Made by a program: the position numbers and the translations under genes. Below, one piece after another: positions 28,001 through 35,379 of a stretch of DNA of 64,000 nt (the first letter of the stretch is position 1; every line of letters starts with the position of its first letter). This DNA comes from an uncultured Pseudomonadota bacterium (GTDB taxonomy: Bacteria; Bacillota; Sulfobacillia; JAUYEF01), in the NCBI GenBank assembly GCA_964417635.1, contig CAYQIY010000009.1, positions 24,675-88,674 on the forward strand, written 5' to 3'. Under the pieces are notes generated by a model, which was not told the origin of the DNA, made no database searches, and worked only from the letters and a program-made list of their open reading frames with translations.

Positions 28001-28355
28001 GGAGAATCTCGAAGCACTTGCGTCACACCTTGAGCAGATGATTACAAGTAAGTGTATCGTGGGCGAACCAATTGTGACTGGTAACGTCACAGTACTGCCC
28101 GTCATGAGCGTCAGTGTGGGATTTGGACTTGCAGGCGGAGAAGGCGATGACGAAAAGGGTTCAAAGGGCTCAGGCGGAGGCGGCGGCGTAGGCTTCAAAG
28201 TGGCACCGTGCGCACTGCTGGTCATAAGAGATCAGAAGGCAGAGTTGTTCTCACTCGGCCATAAGAGTTCTATGTCAAAAGTGCTCGAGATGCTACCCGA
28301 AGTGCTGGGAAAACTGAAATCTGGTCACGAACACAAATGTGTTGACGAAGAATGA
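27987..28355 (+). CDS. gerW: GerW/YtfJ-family spore germination protein
   Basis: GTG after GGGAGG. 'IVGEPIVTGNVTVLPV..VGFGLAGGEG...GGGGGVGFKVAPCALLVI'. Confidence 0.8.
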   Translation: MKAFKENLEALASHLEQMITSKCIVGEPIVTGNVTVLPVMSVSVGFGLAGGEGDDEKGSKGSGGGGGVGFKVAPCALLVIRDQKAELFSLGHKSSMSKVLEMLPEVLGKLKSGHEHKCVDEE

Positions 28356-28372
28356 GCAAACCGAGTATCTAC

Positions 28373-28393
28373 GAGGCTCTCAGCGGGAGCCTC
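28373..28393 (+). terminator. Intrinsic terminator-like hairpin after gerW
   Basis: GAGGCTC-TCAGCGG-GAGCCTC followed by TATTCTTTG. Confidence 0.5.
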
Positions 28394-28482
28394 TATTCTT
28401 TGCTACACAGTTGTTTCGTGCATTGGTTAGGAGTAAAATGTGTGATGATTGCTCCACATAAACCTGAAACAGAGGTGGTAGC

Positions 28483-28860
28483 GTGCTCAGGATCATCTTG
28501 ATAGTCCTGGCTGTCTTTGTGCTGGCCGGCGTGTTCTTTATGTTCAACGGACTCGGCTACATCAAGAACATGAATGTATCCGAAGTCGATCTATCCACCG
28601 TTCCAGACGGAACGTACAGCGGAAGTTTCAGGCGCGGCAGATGGGTCTATAACGTAGAAGTAACAGTAAGAGACCATAAGATCCACAGCATAAGTCTTGG
28701 TGAGGGCATGGGTACCATGGCAGGAGAAATAAACGACAAGATAATCGCCGAGATCCTCGCCCAGCAATCACCCAAGATTGATGCGGTAAGCGGAGCGACG
28801 GTTACAACCAAGGCGCTGGCCAAAGCCGTAGAGAACGCACTTGAAAGCGGCAGCAGGTAG
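28483..28860 (+). CDS. Membrane-anchored FMN-binding domain protein
   Basis: N-terminal TM 'ILIVLAVFVLAGVFFMF'. C-terminal 'IDAVSGATVTTKALAKAVENAL' (FMN_bind flavinylation motif SGAT). Confidence 0.8.
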   Translation: MLRIILIVLAVFVLAGVFFMFNGLGYIKNMNVSEVDLSTVPDGTYSGSFRRGRWVYNVEVTVRDHKIHSISLGEGMGTMAGEINDKIIAEILAQQSPKIDAVSGATVTTKALAKAVENALESGSR

Positions 28861-29829
28861 TTGCATCTTCTGAGTCTCTGCCCTATGACGAAAAAGAGCA
28901 GTGTGTGCATGGGCACGCTCGTAACGCAGCGTGTGTACGGTGTATTTGCGCACAGAGCAATAGAGTGCTGTCAGAGGCTCTTTGAGAGCCTTGAATCTGA
29001 GATGAGTGTGTTTGTCCCCTCAAGCGACATATTCATGCTTAACGCGTCCGCTGGAAAAGGGCCGGTCAAGATCTCTCCCCGAAGTGTCGAAGTGCTCGAG
29101 CTGGCCCAGCGGGTTTCGGTGCTTTCGTCGGGCGCCTTTGACGTGACCGCCGGCGCATTCGTGAACCTATGGAGAACCGCTCTGGCTGAGAACCGAGTAC
29201 CGGATGCTTCAGAAATAGCAGTTACAAGCCGGTTGGTGGACTACCGCAAACTGGTACTTGATAGCAAGCACTCCACCGCACACCTTAAGATACCCGGACA
29301 GTCTGTAGACTTAGGCGGCATCGCCAAAGGATATGCAGCACGGCTCGCACGGGAGACGTATCAGACGTACGGAGTCAAGTCCGCAGTGCTCGACCTCGGC
29401 GGAGCAGTGTTGTTCGTCGGCAGACGTGCTCGTAGTTCGGAGTGGGTAGCGGGAATCCAGCACCCGGCAAAAGAACGCGGTGCGTGTTTTGCGTGTGTAT
29501 CGGTTGTGGATAAGTGCGTGGTAACGTCCGGCGGGTATGAGAGGTACCAGTTGCACGATGGCATAAGGTATCACCACATTATAGACCCGTCTACCGGCTA
29601 CCCTTCAAACAGCGACCTTGTGTCGTGCAGCATTGTGTCCCACGACCCCGTGTGGGCAGATGCGCTTTCAACAGCATGTTTCGTGCTCGGCTCGGAAAGG
29701 GCCATCCACCTAGTAGAGTCCATTGAAGACACACACCTTATACTGCTTACTTCAAATAATGAGGTCTACGTCAGCCCGAGCCTGCGCGACAGTCTTAGAC
29801 TGCTCGATGCCGATATGCGGCTCATCTGA
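28861..29829 (+). CDS. apbE: FAD:protein FMN transferase (ApbE family)
   Basis: 'MGTLVTQRVYG', 'DLGGIAKGYAA', 'HHIIDPSTGYP'. Start uncertain (TTG 28861 or ATG 28885). No convincing signal peptide. Confidence 0.8.
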   Translation: MHLLSLCPMTKKSSVCMGTLVTQRVYGVFAHRAIECCQRLFESLESEMSVFVPSSDIFMLNASAGKGPVKISPRSVEVLELAQRVSVLSSGAFDVTAGAFVNLWRTALAENRVPDASEIAVTSRLVDYRKLVLDSKHSTAHLKIPGQSVDLGGIAKGYAARLARETYQTYGVKSAVLDLGGAVLFVGRRARSSEWVAGIQHPAKERGACFACVSVVDKCVVTSGGYERYQLHDGIRYHHIIDPSTGYPSNSDLVSCSIVSHDPVWADALSTACFVLGSERAIHLVESIEDTHLILLTSNNEVYVSPSLRDSLRLLDADMRLI

Positions 29830-30883
29830 CCCGCCGCTCTAGATCGCGCGTCGGCTCGTCTACGAGCGACGGCAGTATGACGTCCGTATGCCGAGCAACA
29901 TGCGAAACTACCTCTTTGTTCACAAGGTCATCCGGAATGCTTCCCGTAACCGCCGCGAGCAAGTTTGCCACCGCCTTCTCTGCCATTTTACGCCTTGATT
30001 CAAGTGTCGCAGAGCCTATGTGAGGCAGCAAGACTGTATTGTCTAAGCCAGTTAAGGGCTCGGATATATCCACAGGCTCTGAGTCGTACACGTCAAGACC
30101 GGCAGCCCGGAGCTTCTTGGTAAGCAGAGCTTCATACAGAGCGTGTCTATTCACGACAGCCCCTCTACCCACGTTTAGCAGCACACACGTGCGCTTCATC
30201 ATGGCTATTTCGCGCCTGCCGATTAACCCTCTCGTATGCGCGTTCAAGGGTAGGACTACCATCACAAAATCCGAGGTGCGGCAGAGTTCATCGAGCGACA
30301 CGTGTTTTGCACCAACACGCCTTTCGGCTTCATGCCTTCTGACCTTATCCCAGTAGAGAACATTCATGTCAAAACCTTGTGCTCTTCTGGCAACAGCAAG
30401 TCCTATCCTACCGAAACCCATAATGCCGAGAGTCTTAGCGTGCACGTCGACGCCCACCATGAATCCTGGCGACCAAGCCTTCCATCCGCCTGCTCGCAAC
30501 ACGCGGTCTGCCTCAGGAATGCGTCTCGCACACGCAAGCAACAAGCCGAATGCCAAGTCGGCAACCGCCTCTTCTGATACTCCGGGAGTATTGCACACCA
30601 TCACACCATGAGCGGTACAAGCGTCTACGTCGATGTTGTCGTACCCAACAGCCATGTTCGCCACGACTCTAAGCCGGGGTGAACTACGCAGCAGGTGTTC
30701 ATCCACCGTATCAGTTAGCATGGTGAGTAGCCCTTCTGATCGGCTGGCGAAAGACAGAAACTGGTCTTGGGGCACAGGCGTATGCTCATGAGGCCAATAG
30801 TGCGTATCGCAGAACTGCTCTAGCGCTTCGAGCAAATCTGCTGGAAGCAATCTGGTCACATATACACTCGGACGCACGCTCAT
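29822..30883 (-). CDS. D-isomer-specific 2-hydroxyacid dehydrogenase (glyoxylate/hydroxypyruvate reductase-like)
   Basis: 'LGIMGFGRIGLAVARR' NAD fold, 'NVGRGAVVN', 'PHIGSAT'. ATG 30883 chosen; the ORF-track TTG is at 30892. Confidence 0.85.
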   Translation of the reverse strand: MSVRPSVYVTRLLPADLLEALEQFCDTHYWPHEHTPVPQDQFLSFASRSEGLLTMLTDTVDEHLLRSSPRLRVVANMAVGYDNIDVDACTAHGVMVCNTPGVSEEAVADLAFGLLLACARRIPEADRVLRAGGWKAWSPGFMVGVDVHAKTLGIMGFGRIGLAVARRAQGFDMNVLYWDKVRRHEAERRVGAKHVSLDELCRTSDFVMVVLPLNAHTRGLIGRREIAMMKRTCVLLNVGRGAVVNRHALYEALLTKKLRAAGLDVYDSEPVDISEPLTGLDNTVLLPHIGSATLESRRKMAEKAVANLLAAVTGSIPDDLVNKEVVSHVARHTDVILPSLVDEPTRDLERRVR

Positions 30884-30946
30884 TCCCCCCAACTAAGGAT
30901 GCATGTTCTAGTGTTCCTCACGTTGCAGAAGAATAAGCCGTGCACT

Positions 30947-31711
30947 CTAAACGCTCGCGTTCTGAGCATCCTTCAGTTTCTGTTGGTGCCGCATGACGAT
31001 TTCGATTCGCTCTGGGATTGAAATCCTCGATGATACTCCGCTTCCCCCAAGACATCCACCCGGACAGCCGAGCACCTCGTAAAACCCGGGAGCAAGGTTG
31101 GCCGCGTTCTCCAGCAGACGTCTTGAACATTCGCTTCCTGCAGCATCGCTCACAAGAAGCGCCATATATGTCCAGAACGGGGGTTCTGCGTCAAAGCCTG
31201 AATCCGACACATGCCGCCACGCGTTCTGTTCAGAGAGCCAGTCGGATAGCTGCTCAAACGTGACTACCGCATCGGCCGCGCCTTCGTTTTCCGGAAGCGA
31301 AGCCTCATACGCCTTGTGTACGCACGGACTGAAGAACACCACCGACGCACCGCTCCCAAGCCTGCTTCTAAGGCGCCTCGAATGCCAGGTTGCGGGCGAC
31401 GGCACCCGCGACAACAGCGACTCAACGTGCGGGTACTCTTCTCGGACAATCCTGACTACCTTTGGACAGCAAGCAGATATCTGCACGGTATGCTGAGACC
31501 GTTCGGCACTTGCCCGCATCTGCATGATCTCAGGCAACACAGCATTAGTCGGTTCAACCAGCCGAAAACCTAGCGCCTTGAGCGCGCTGGGCAGTTTCTC
31601 ACGTTCGTCATCTCCAAAATGCGCGACAAATGACGGAGCTACACTGGCTGCCACGGGAAACGCCGCCCTAAGCAGCCTCTTCGCTACGGCAAGTCCTGGC
31701 GCTTCCACCAA
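30947..31711 (-). CDS. [FeFe]-hydrogenase large-subunit C-terminal (H-domain)-like protein, minimal 254-aa form
   Basis: 'SVAPSFVAHFG', 'ISACCPKVV', 'FSPCVHKAYE' and 'EVLGCPGGCLGGSG' match the three H-cluster Cys motifs in order. TTG 31711 / GTG 31708 lie 5-8 nt after the GGAGG formed by the upstream gene's terminal Gly-Gly codons. Confidence 0.65.
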   Translation of the reverse strand: MVEAPGLAVAKRLLRAAFPVAASVAPSFVAHFGDDEREKLPSALKALGFRLVEPTNAVLPEIMQMRASAERSQHTVQISACCPKVVRIVREEYPHVESLLSRVPSPATWHSRRLRSRLGSGASVVFFSPCVHKAYEASLPENEGAADAVVTFEQLSDWLSEQNAWRHVSDSGFDAEPPFWTYMALLVSDAAGSECSRRLLENAANLAPGFYEVLGCPGGCLGGSGVSSRISIPERIEIVMRHQQKLKDAQNASV

Positions 31712-31712
31712 T

Positions 31713-31985
31713 CTAACCTCCGAACAGTGGTGAGAACACTTGTATTACATCGGCTTCTTTTAGCACATACCCTTCGTCTATCCTGTGGCCTTTTATTGCG
31801 TACACGAAACAGAACTTCTCGCCGCTGAACCTGATGTTCTCAAGCGCAGATCGAAGCACGGGTTCAAGTGCGTATATTACCTCTTCAAGGCAACCGGCTG
31901 TTGAACCAGGGGCCATCTCTATCTCGTGCGTTTTTTGATTCGCCCATCCCGAAAAGGGCGGTTCAAAGCTAACCGTTACGCGCAG
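31713..31985 (-). CDS. MoaD/ThiS-like ubiquitin-fold protein ending in Gly-Gly
   Basis: C-terminus 'VIQVFSPLFGG'. The in-frame upstream codons encode the expected first beta-strand ('RVTVSF'). AAGGAGG lies 8 nt before CTG 31985. The ATG-only ORF is 31713-31916. Confidence 0.6.
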   Translation of the reverse strand: MRVTVSFEPPFSGWANQKTHEIEMAPGSTAGCLEEVIYALEPVLRSALENIRFSGEKFCFVYAIKGHRIDEGYVLKEADVIQVFSPLFGG

Positions 31986-31998
31986 TTCAGAGCCCTCC

Positions 31999-32232
31999 TT
32001 ACTTCGCCAACCAGCCTCTTACCTGTTCTTCACTCGGAACCTTGCCCTCGAGTTTCTTGACCCCATCGATGATAACCGCAGGAGTCATCATAACCCCGCG
32101 CTCAACAATCTCGCTCAGGTTCGAGACATGAACCACTTCTGCATCGATGCCTGTCTTGCTTACTGTGTCCCGGATGATCTGTTCTACCTTCCTGCATTTT
32201 GCACATCCCGTGCCGAGCACTTCGATTCGCAT
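31999..32232 (-). CDS. Thioredoxin-fold 'redox-active disulfide protein 2'-like
   Basis: 'MRIEVLGTGCAKC' CxxC at the N-terminus, about 77 aa. ATG 32232 lies 6 nt after GGAGGTG. Confidence 0.8.
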   Translation of the reverse strand: MRIEVLGTGCAKCRKVEQIIRDTVSKTGIDAEVVHVSNLSEIVERGVMMTPAVIIDGVKKLEGKVPSEEQVRGWLAK

Positions 32233-32256
32233 GCTACACACCTCCGTAGTTATGGT

Positions 32257-33426
32257 CTATCCCACTATCGTGCCGTACAAGAATCCGGCTAACGTTGACA
32301 TAAGCGACACAAGCAGCACGTACGTGGTCGTCTTTTTCGGCCCAAGCACGCTGTTTATTACGAGCATACTGGGCAGGCTGAGCGCAGGGCCTGCAAGCAA
32401 GAGCGCGAGTGCAGGACCTTGCCCCATCCCCGAGCCGAGCAAACCCTGCAATATCGGAATCTCCGTAAGCGTGGCGAAGTACATGAACGCACCCAGCACG
32501 GACGCGGCGAAGTTTGCCATAAGCGAGTTTCCGCCCACTACCATGCTCACATACCTTGAAGGGATAAGTCCTGCATCAAGCCCCGGACGCCCCATAAGCA
32601 GCCCGGCTGCCAGCACGCCTCCAAAAAGCAGCGGCATAATCCGCTTGGCAAAATCCCACGTCGAGTCTTTCCACTCTGCGAGTTCTTCTCTGGCAAACCA
32701 CGACCTGATCATCCAGCCTAGCGCCAGCAGAAGCGCTCCAACCAGATACCACTTGATCAAGAACACATCGTAGAAGAAACCAATGTTCTCAGCAGGCTTG
32801 CCCCACGCTGCGAACACGAGTATACCCACCAGTACGGCAAAGAACGCACCTGTCTGGCCGAGACTGCGCACAGTCTCTTCAACCTGTTCATGTTCGTGTG
32901 CTTTTAACCGGTCATCTTCCTCGTGCCTGAATATGTGGCTCATGAGCAGGCCAATCACAACCGAGAATACGATTGCGCCCAACGCTCTAGCAAGCCCTAT
33001 CTGCCAACCGAGCACACGTGCGGTCATTATTATGGCGAGCACGTTTATGGCTGGCCCCGAATACAAGAAAGCGCTCGCAGGTCCGAGCCCTGCGCCGCGC
33101 TTGTAGATGCCCATGAAGAGCGGCAGAACCGTGCAAGAACACACTGCCAGCACACTGCCGGATACTGCACCTACGGCATACGCAACCCACTGCTTTGCAC
33201 CTCTACCCAGGTACTTCATGACGGAACGCTGCGAAATGAAGTTCTGCATCGCACCTGCTATGAAAAATGCCGGAATGAGACAGAACAACACATGCTCGCG
33301 TGCATATTCCTGCAGCATGTGCAGCGCCTCAAGCACCGCGCCGCCTACTCTCGGGTCGCCAAGCGGAGCGAAGTAGGCTGTGAGAAAAACCGCGATTATG
33401 ATAAAGAACGTGCTGAGTTCGGACAA
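32257..33426 (-). CDS. DUF318/YraQ-type permease (ArsP-like putative metalloid/thiol permease)
   Basis: About 10 TM helices, 'SVLAVCSCTVLP' motif. Conserved arsR-permease-thioredoxin-like gene order. Confidence 0.7.
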   Translation of the reverse strand: MSELSTFFIIIAVFLTAYFAPLGDPRVGGAVLEALHMLQEYAREHVLFCLIPAFFIAGAMQNFISQRSVMKYLGRGAKQWVAYAVGAVSGSVLAVCSCTVLPLFMGIYKRGAGLGPASAFLYSGPAINVLAIIMTARVLGWQIGLARALGAIVFSVVIGLLMSHIFRHEEDDRLKAHEHEQVEETVRSLGQTGAFFAVLVGILVFAAWGKPAENIGFFYDVFLIKWYLVGALLLALGWMIRSWFAREELAEWKDSTWDFAKRIMPLLFGGVLAAGLLMGRPGLDAGLIPSRYVSMVVGGNSLMANFAASVLGAFMYFATLTEIPILQGLLGSGMGQGPALALLLAGPALSLPSMLVINSVLGPKKTTTYVLLVSLMSTLAGFLYGTIVG

Positions 33427-33432
33427 CGCATT

Positions 33433-33732
33433 TCACTCCTTAGGCATCGTCTGGCAAGACTCGGCGCACTTCCCTTCGAAGACTGCATCGAGACATCTGA
33501 TGAACTGGTAAACGCACGGCATCTTAATCTCATACGTAACGTTAAGCCCGTCTTTGGAGCTGCTGAGTATTCCGCTTGCCTTCATTAGCCCGAGGTGTCG
33601 GGATATGGTTGACTGGTCGTACGGCAACCTTTCCACAAGCTCGCACACGCATTTGGGGCCTTCAGTGGCGAGTATCTCGACTATCTTGAGCCTTGTTTCA
33701 TGGCCGAGCGCCTTAAATACGTTTACTTTCAA
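33433..33732 (-). CDS. arsR: ArsR/SmtB-family metalloregulator
   Basis: 'FKALGHETRLKIVEIL..CVCEL..STISRHL'. TTG start 7 nt after GGGAGGG. Confidence 0.85.
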   Translation of the reverse strand: MKVNVFKALGHETRLKIVEILATEGPKCVCELVERLPYDQSTISRHLGLMKASGILSSSKDGLNVTYEIKMPCVYQFIRCLDAVFEGKCAESCQTMPKE

Positions 33733-33764
33733 CGTATGTCCCTCCCGTTCAACACTACATGCTT

Positions 33765-33793
33765 ATATTACAATATATGCATATAGTAGTCAA
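33765..33793 (-). promoter_or_regulatory. SigmaA-like promoter with embedded 12-bp palindrome (candidate ArsR operator)
   Basis: Minus strand: TTGACT-17 nt-TAATAT. The spacer contains the perfect palindrome TATATGCATATA (33774-33785). Confidence 0.55.
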
Positions 33794-33795
33794 CC

Positions 33796-34863
33796 TCATT
33801 TCGTACCGACATGCGGGGGAGGAAACCAGTGTTTGGTGCGGTTGGCAAAGGCCACTAAACTGAGCATGAGCGGTACTTCCACAAGAACCCCCACGACCGT
33901 TGCGAGCGCTGCGCCCGAACCGAGACCAAAGAGCGATATAGCGACGGCAACTGCGAGCTCAAAGAAATTGCTCGCGCCTATCATGGCGGCTGGGGCGGCA
34001 ACAGTACGATCCACCTTCCACGCTCTCGCCCAGAAATACGCTATCCCAAAGATTAGGTACGTCTGTATGCTCAGCGGTACCGCTATCAGTAGGATGTGAA
34101 GAGGATTGCTTACTATTGTTTCACCCTGGAAAGAGAACAAAATCACGAGCGTGGTAAGCAGTCCCATGATGGCAAAAGGTTTTAGCCTCGGCAGGAACTG
34201 TTGCTTGAGCCACTCTTGCCCGTGCGTGCGGACGAGTCTTACCCGGGTGATGTAGCCCGCTATGAGCGGGATAACAACGTAGAGCACTACAGACATCACA
34301 ATGGTATCGTATGGCACGCTAAGTTCGGCCAGCCCCAGTTGAAACACCACTATAGGCGCGTACAGAAAGAGCAAGATTATGTCATTGACGGATACTTGTA
34401 CCAGAGTGTGTGCAGCGTTGCCCTGGGTGAGATAACTCCACACAAACACCATGGCGGTGCACGGTGCGGCGCCAAGCAGTATCGCGCCTGCAACATACTG
34501 CTGACCCAAGTCGGCAGCGATCCACGGAGCGAACACAACTCGCAAGAAAAACCACGAGATGGCCAGCATTGTAAACGGTTTGATCAACCAGTTCACAACC
34601 AACGTCACAGTCAGTCCTTTAGGCTGACGAGACGCGCGCACAATACTGCCTAAGTCTATCTGCACCATCATTGGATAGATCATGAGCCAGATGAGAACGG
34701 CCACAGGCACCGACACTTGGGCGTACTCCCATCTGCTGAGAATTCGCGGGAACGAGGGGAACACTAGACCTATCAGCACTCCAAGCGCGATGCATAGCGC
34801 CACCCAGACGCTCAGATACTTCTCAAACGCTCCTAGTCCACTGCCAGATTGTGTGTCTGCCAT
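33796..34863 (-). CDS. acr3: Arsenite efflux permease, ACR3 family
   Basis: '[20 protein letters not shown]' N-terminus, 10-TM BART-type sequence. Start lies 3 nt after the arsR stop. Confidence 0.85.
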   Translation of the reverse strand: MADTQSGSGLGAFEKYLSVWVALCIALGVLIGLVFPSFPRILSRWEYAQVSVPVAVLIWLMIYPMMVQIDLGSIVRASRQPKGLTVTLVVNWLIKPFTMLAISWFFLRVVFAPWIAADLGQQYVAGAILLGAAPCTAMVFVWSYLTQGNAAHTLVQVSVNDIILLFLYAPIVVFQLGLAELSVPYDTIVMSVVLYVVIPLIAGYITRVRLVRTHGQEWLKQQFLPRLKPFAIMGLLTTLVILFSFQGETIVSNPLHILLIAVPLSIQTYLIFGIAYFWARAWKVDRTVAAPAAMIGASNFFELAVAVAISLFGLGSGAALATVVGVLVEVPLMLSLVAFANRTKHWFPPPHVGTK

Positions 34864-34866
34864 CGA

Positions 34867-35208
34867 CTATCTCCTTTCGGCTTCTGTACCACATGGGTCA
34901 ACCATGGGTATGTATGGTTCGGGCTCTGGCGCTCCGATTAGTTTCCGACACTCCCGGATTATCTCATTGACCTCTTGAGATGACAGGCTATAGAACACAT
35001 AGGCACCTTTACGGTAACATTTCACTATCCCCGCACGTTTCATCACAGCCAAATGCTGCGAAATGTTGGGTTGTGTCGCTTCGAGCGCACTAAGAATCTC
35101 GCATACGCACTTCTCTCCCGTATGCAGCATATGCGCTATACGCAACCTTAACGGATGCCCAAGCGCCCTCAGCGCCATGGCGGTATCGGTGTCGTCCGGC
35201 ATGTGCAT
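34867..35208 (-). CDS. arsR: ArsR/SmtB-family metalloregulator
   Basis: 'ALGHPLRLRIAHML..CVCEI..PNISQHLAVMK'. Confidence 0.85.
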   Translation of the reverse strand: MHMPDDTDTAMALRALGHPLRLRIAHMLHTGEKCVCEILSALEATQPNISQHLAVMKRAGIVKCYRKGAYVFYSLSSQEVNEIIRECRKLIGAPEPEPYIPMVDPCGTEAERR

Positions 35209-35225
35209 CCCTTCTCTCTCATATT

Positions 35226-35253
35226 AGTATATGCTTATTTAGCCATATAGCAA
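35226..35253 (-). promoter_or_regulatory. SigmaA-like promoter overlapped by an inverted repeat (candidate ArsR operator)
   Basis: Minus strand: TTGCTA-16 nt-TATACT. IR TATATG-N10-CATATA at 35228-35249. Confidence 0.5.
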
Positions 35254-35379
35254 CATGCAAAATGGATGGATTGCTGAGAATACGCAATAAGAAGCAACCG
35301 GTATTGTGAGGATCCGGCCAGATTGCAAAGCAGCATCATGAGACATAAGCCTCACAATGCTGCTCCAACAGAATGCTTC

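Noticed and set aside
32147-33588. 208-aa and 221-aa plus-strand ORFs
   Set aside because: They are antisense to the DUF318-type permease and have low-complexity Ser/Ala/Pro or His/Arg-rich composition.
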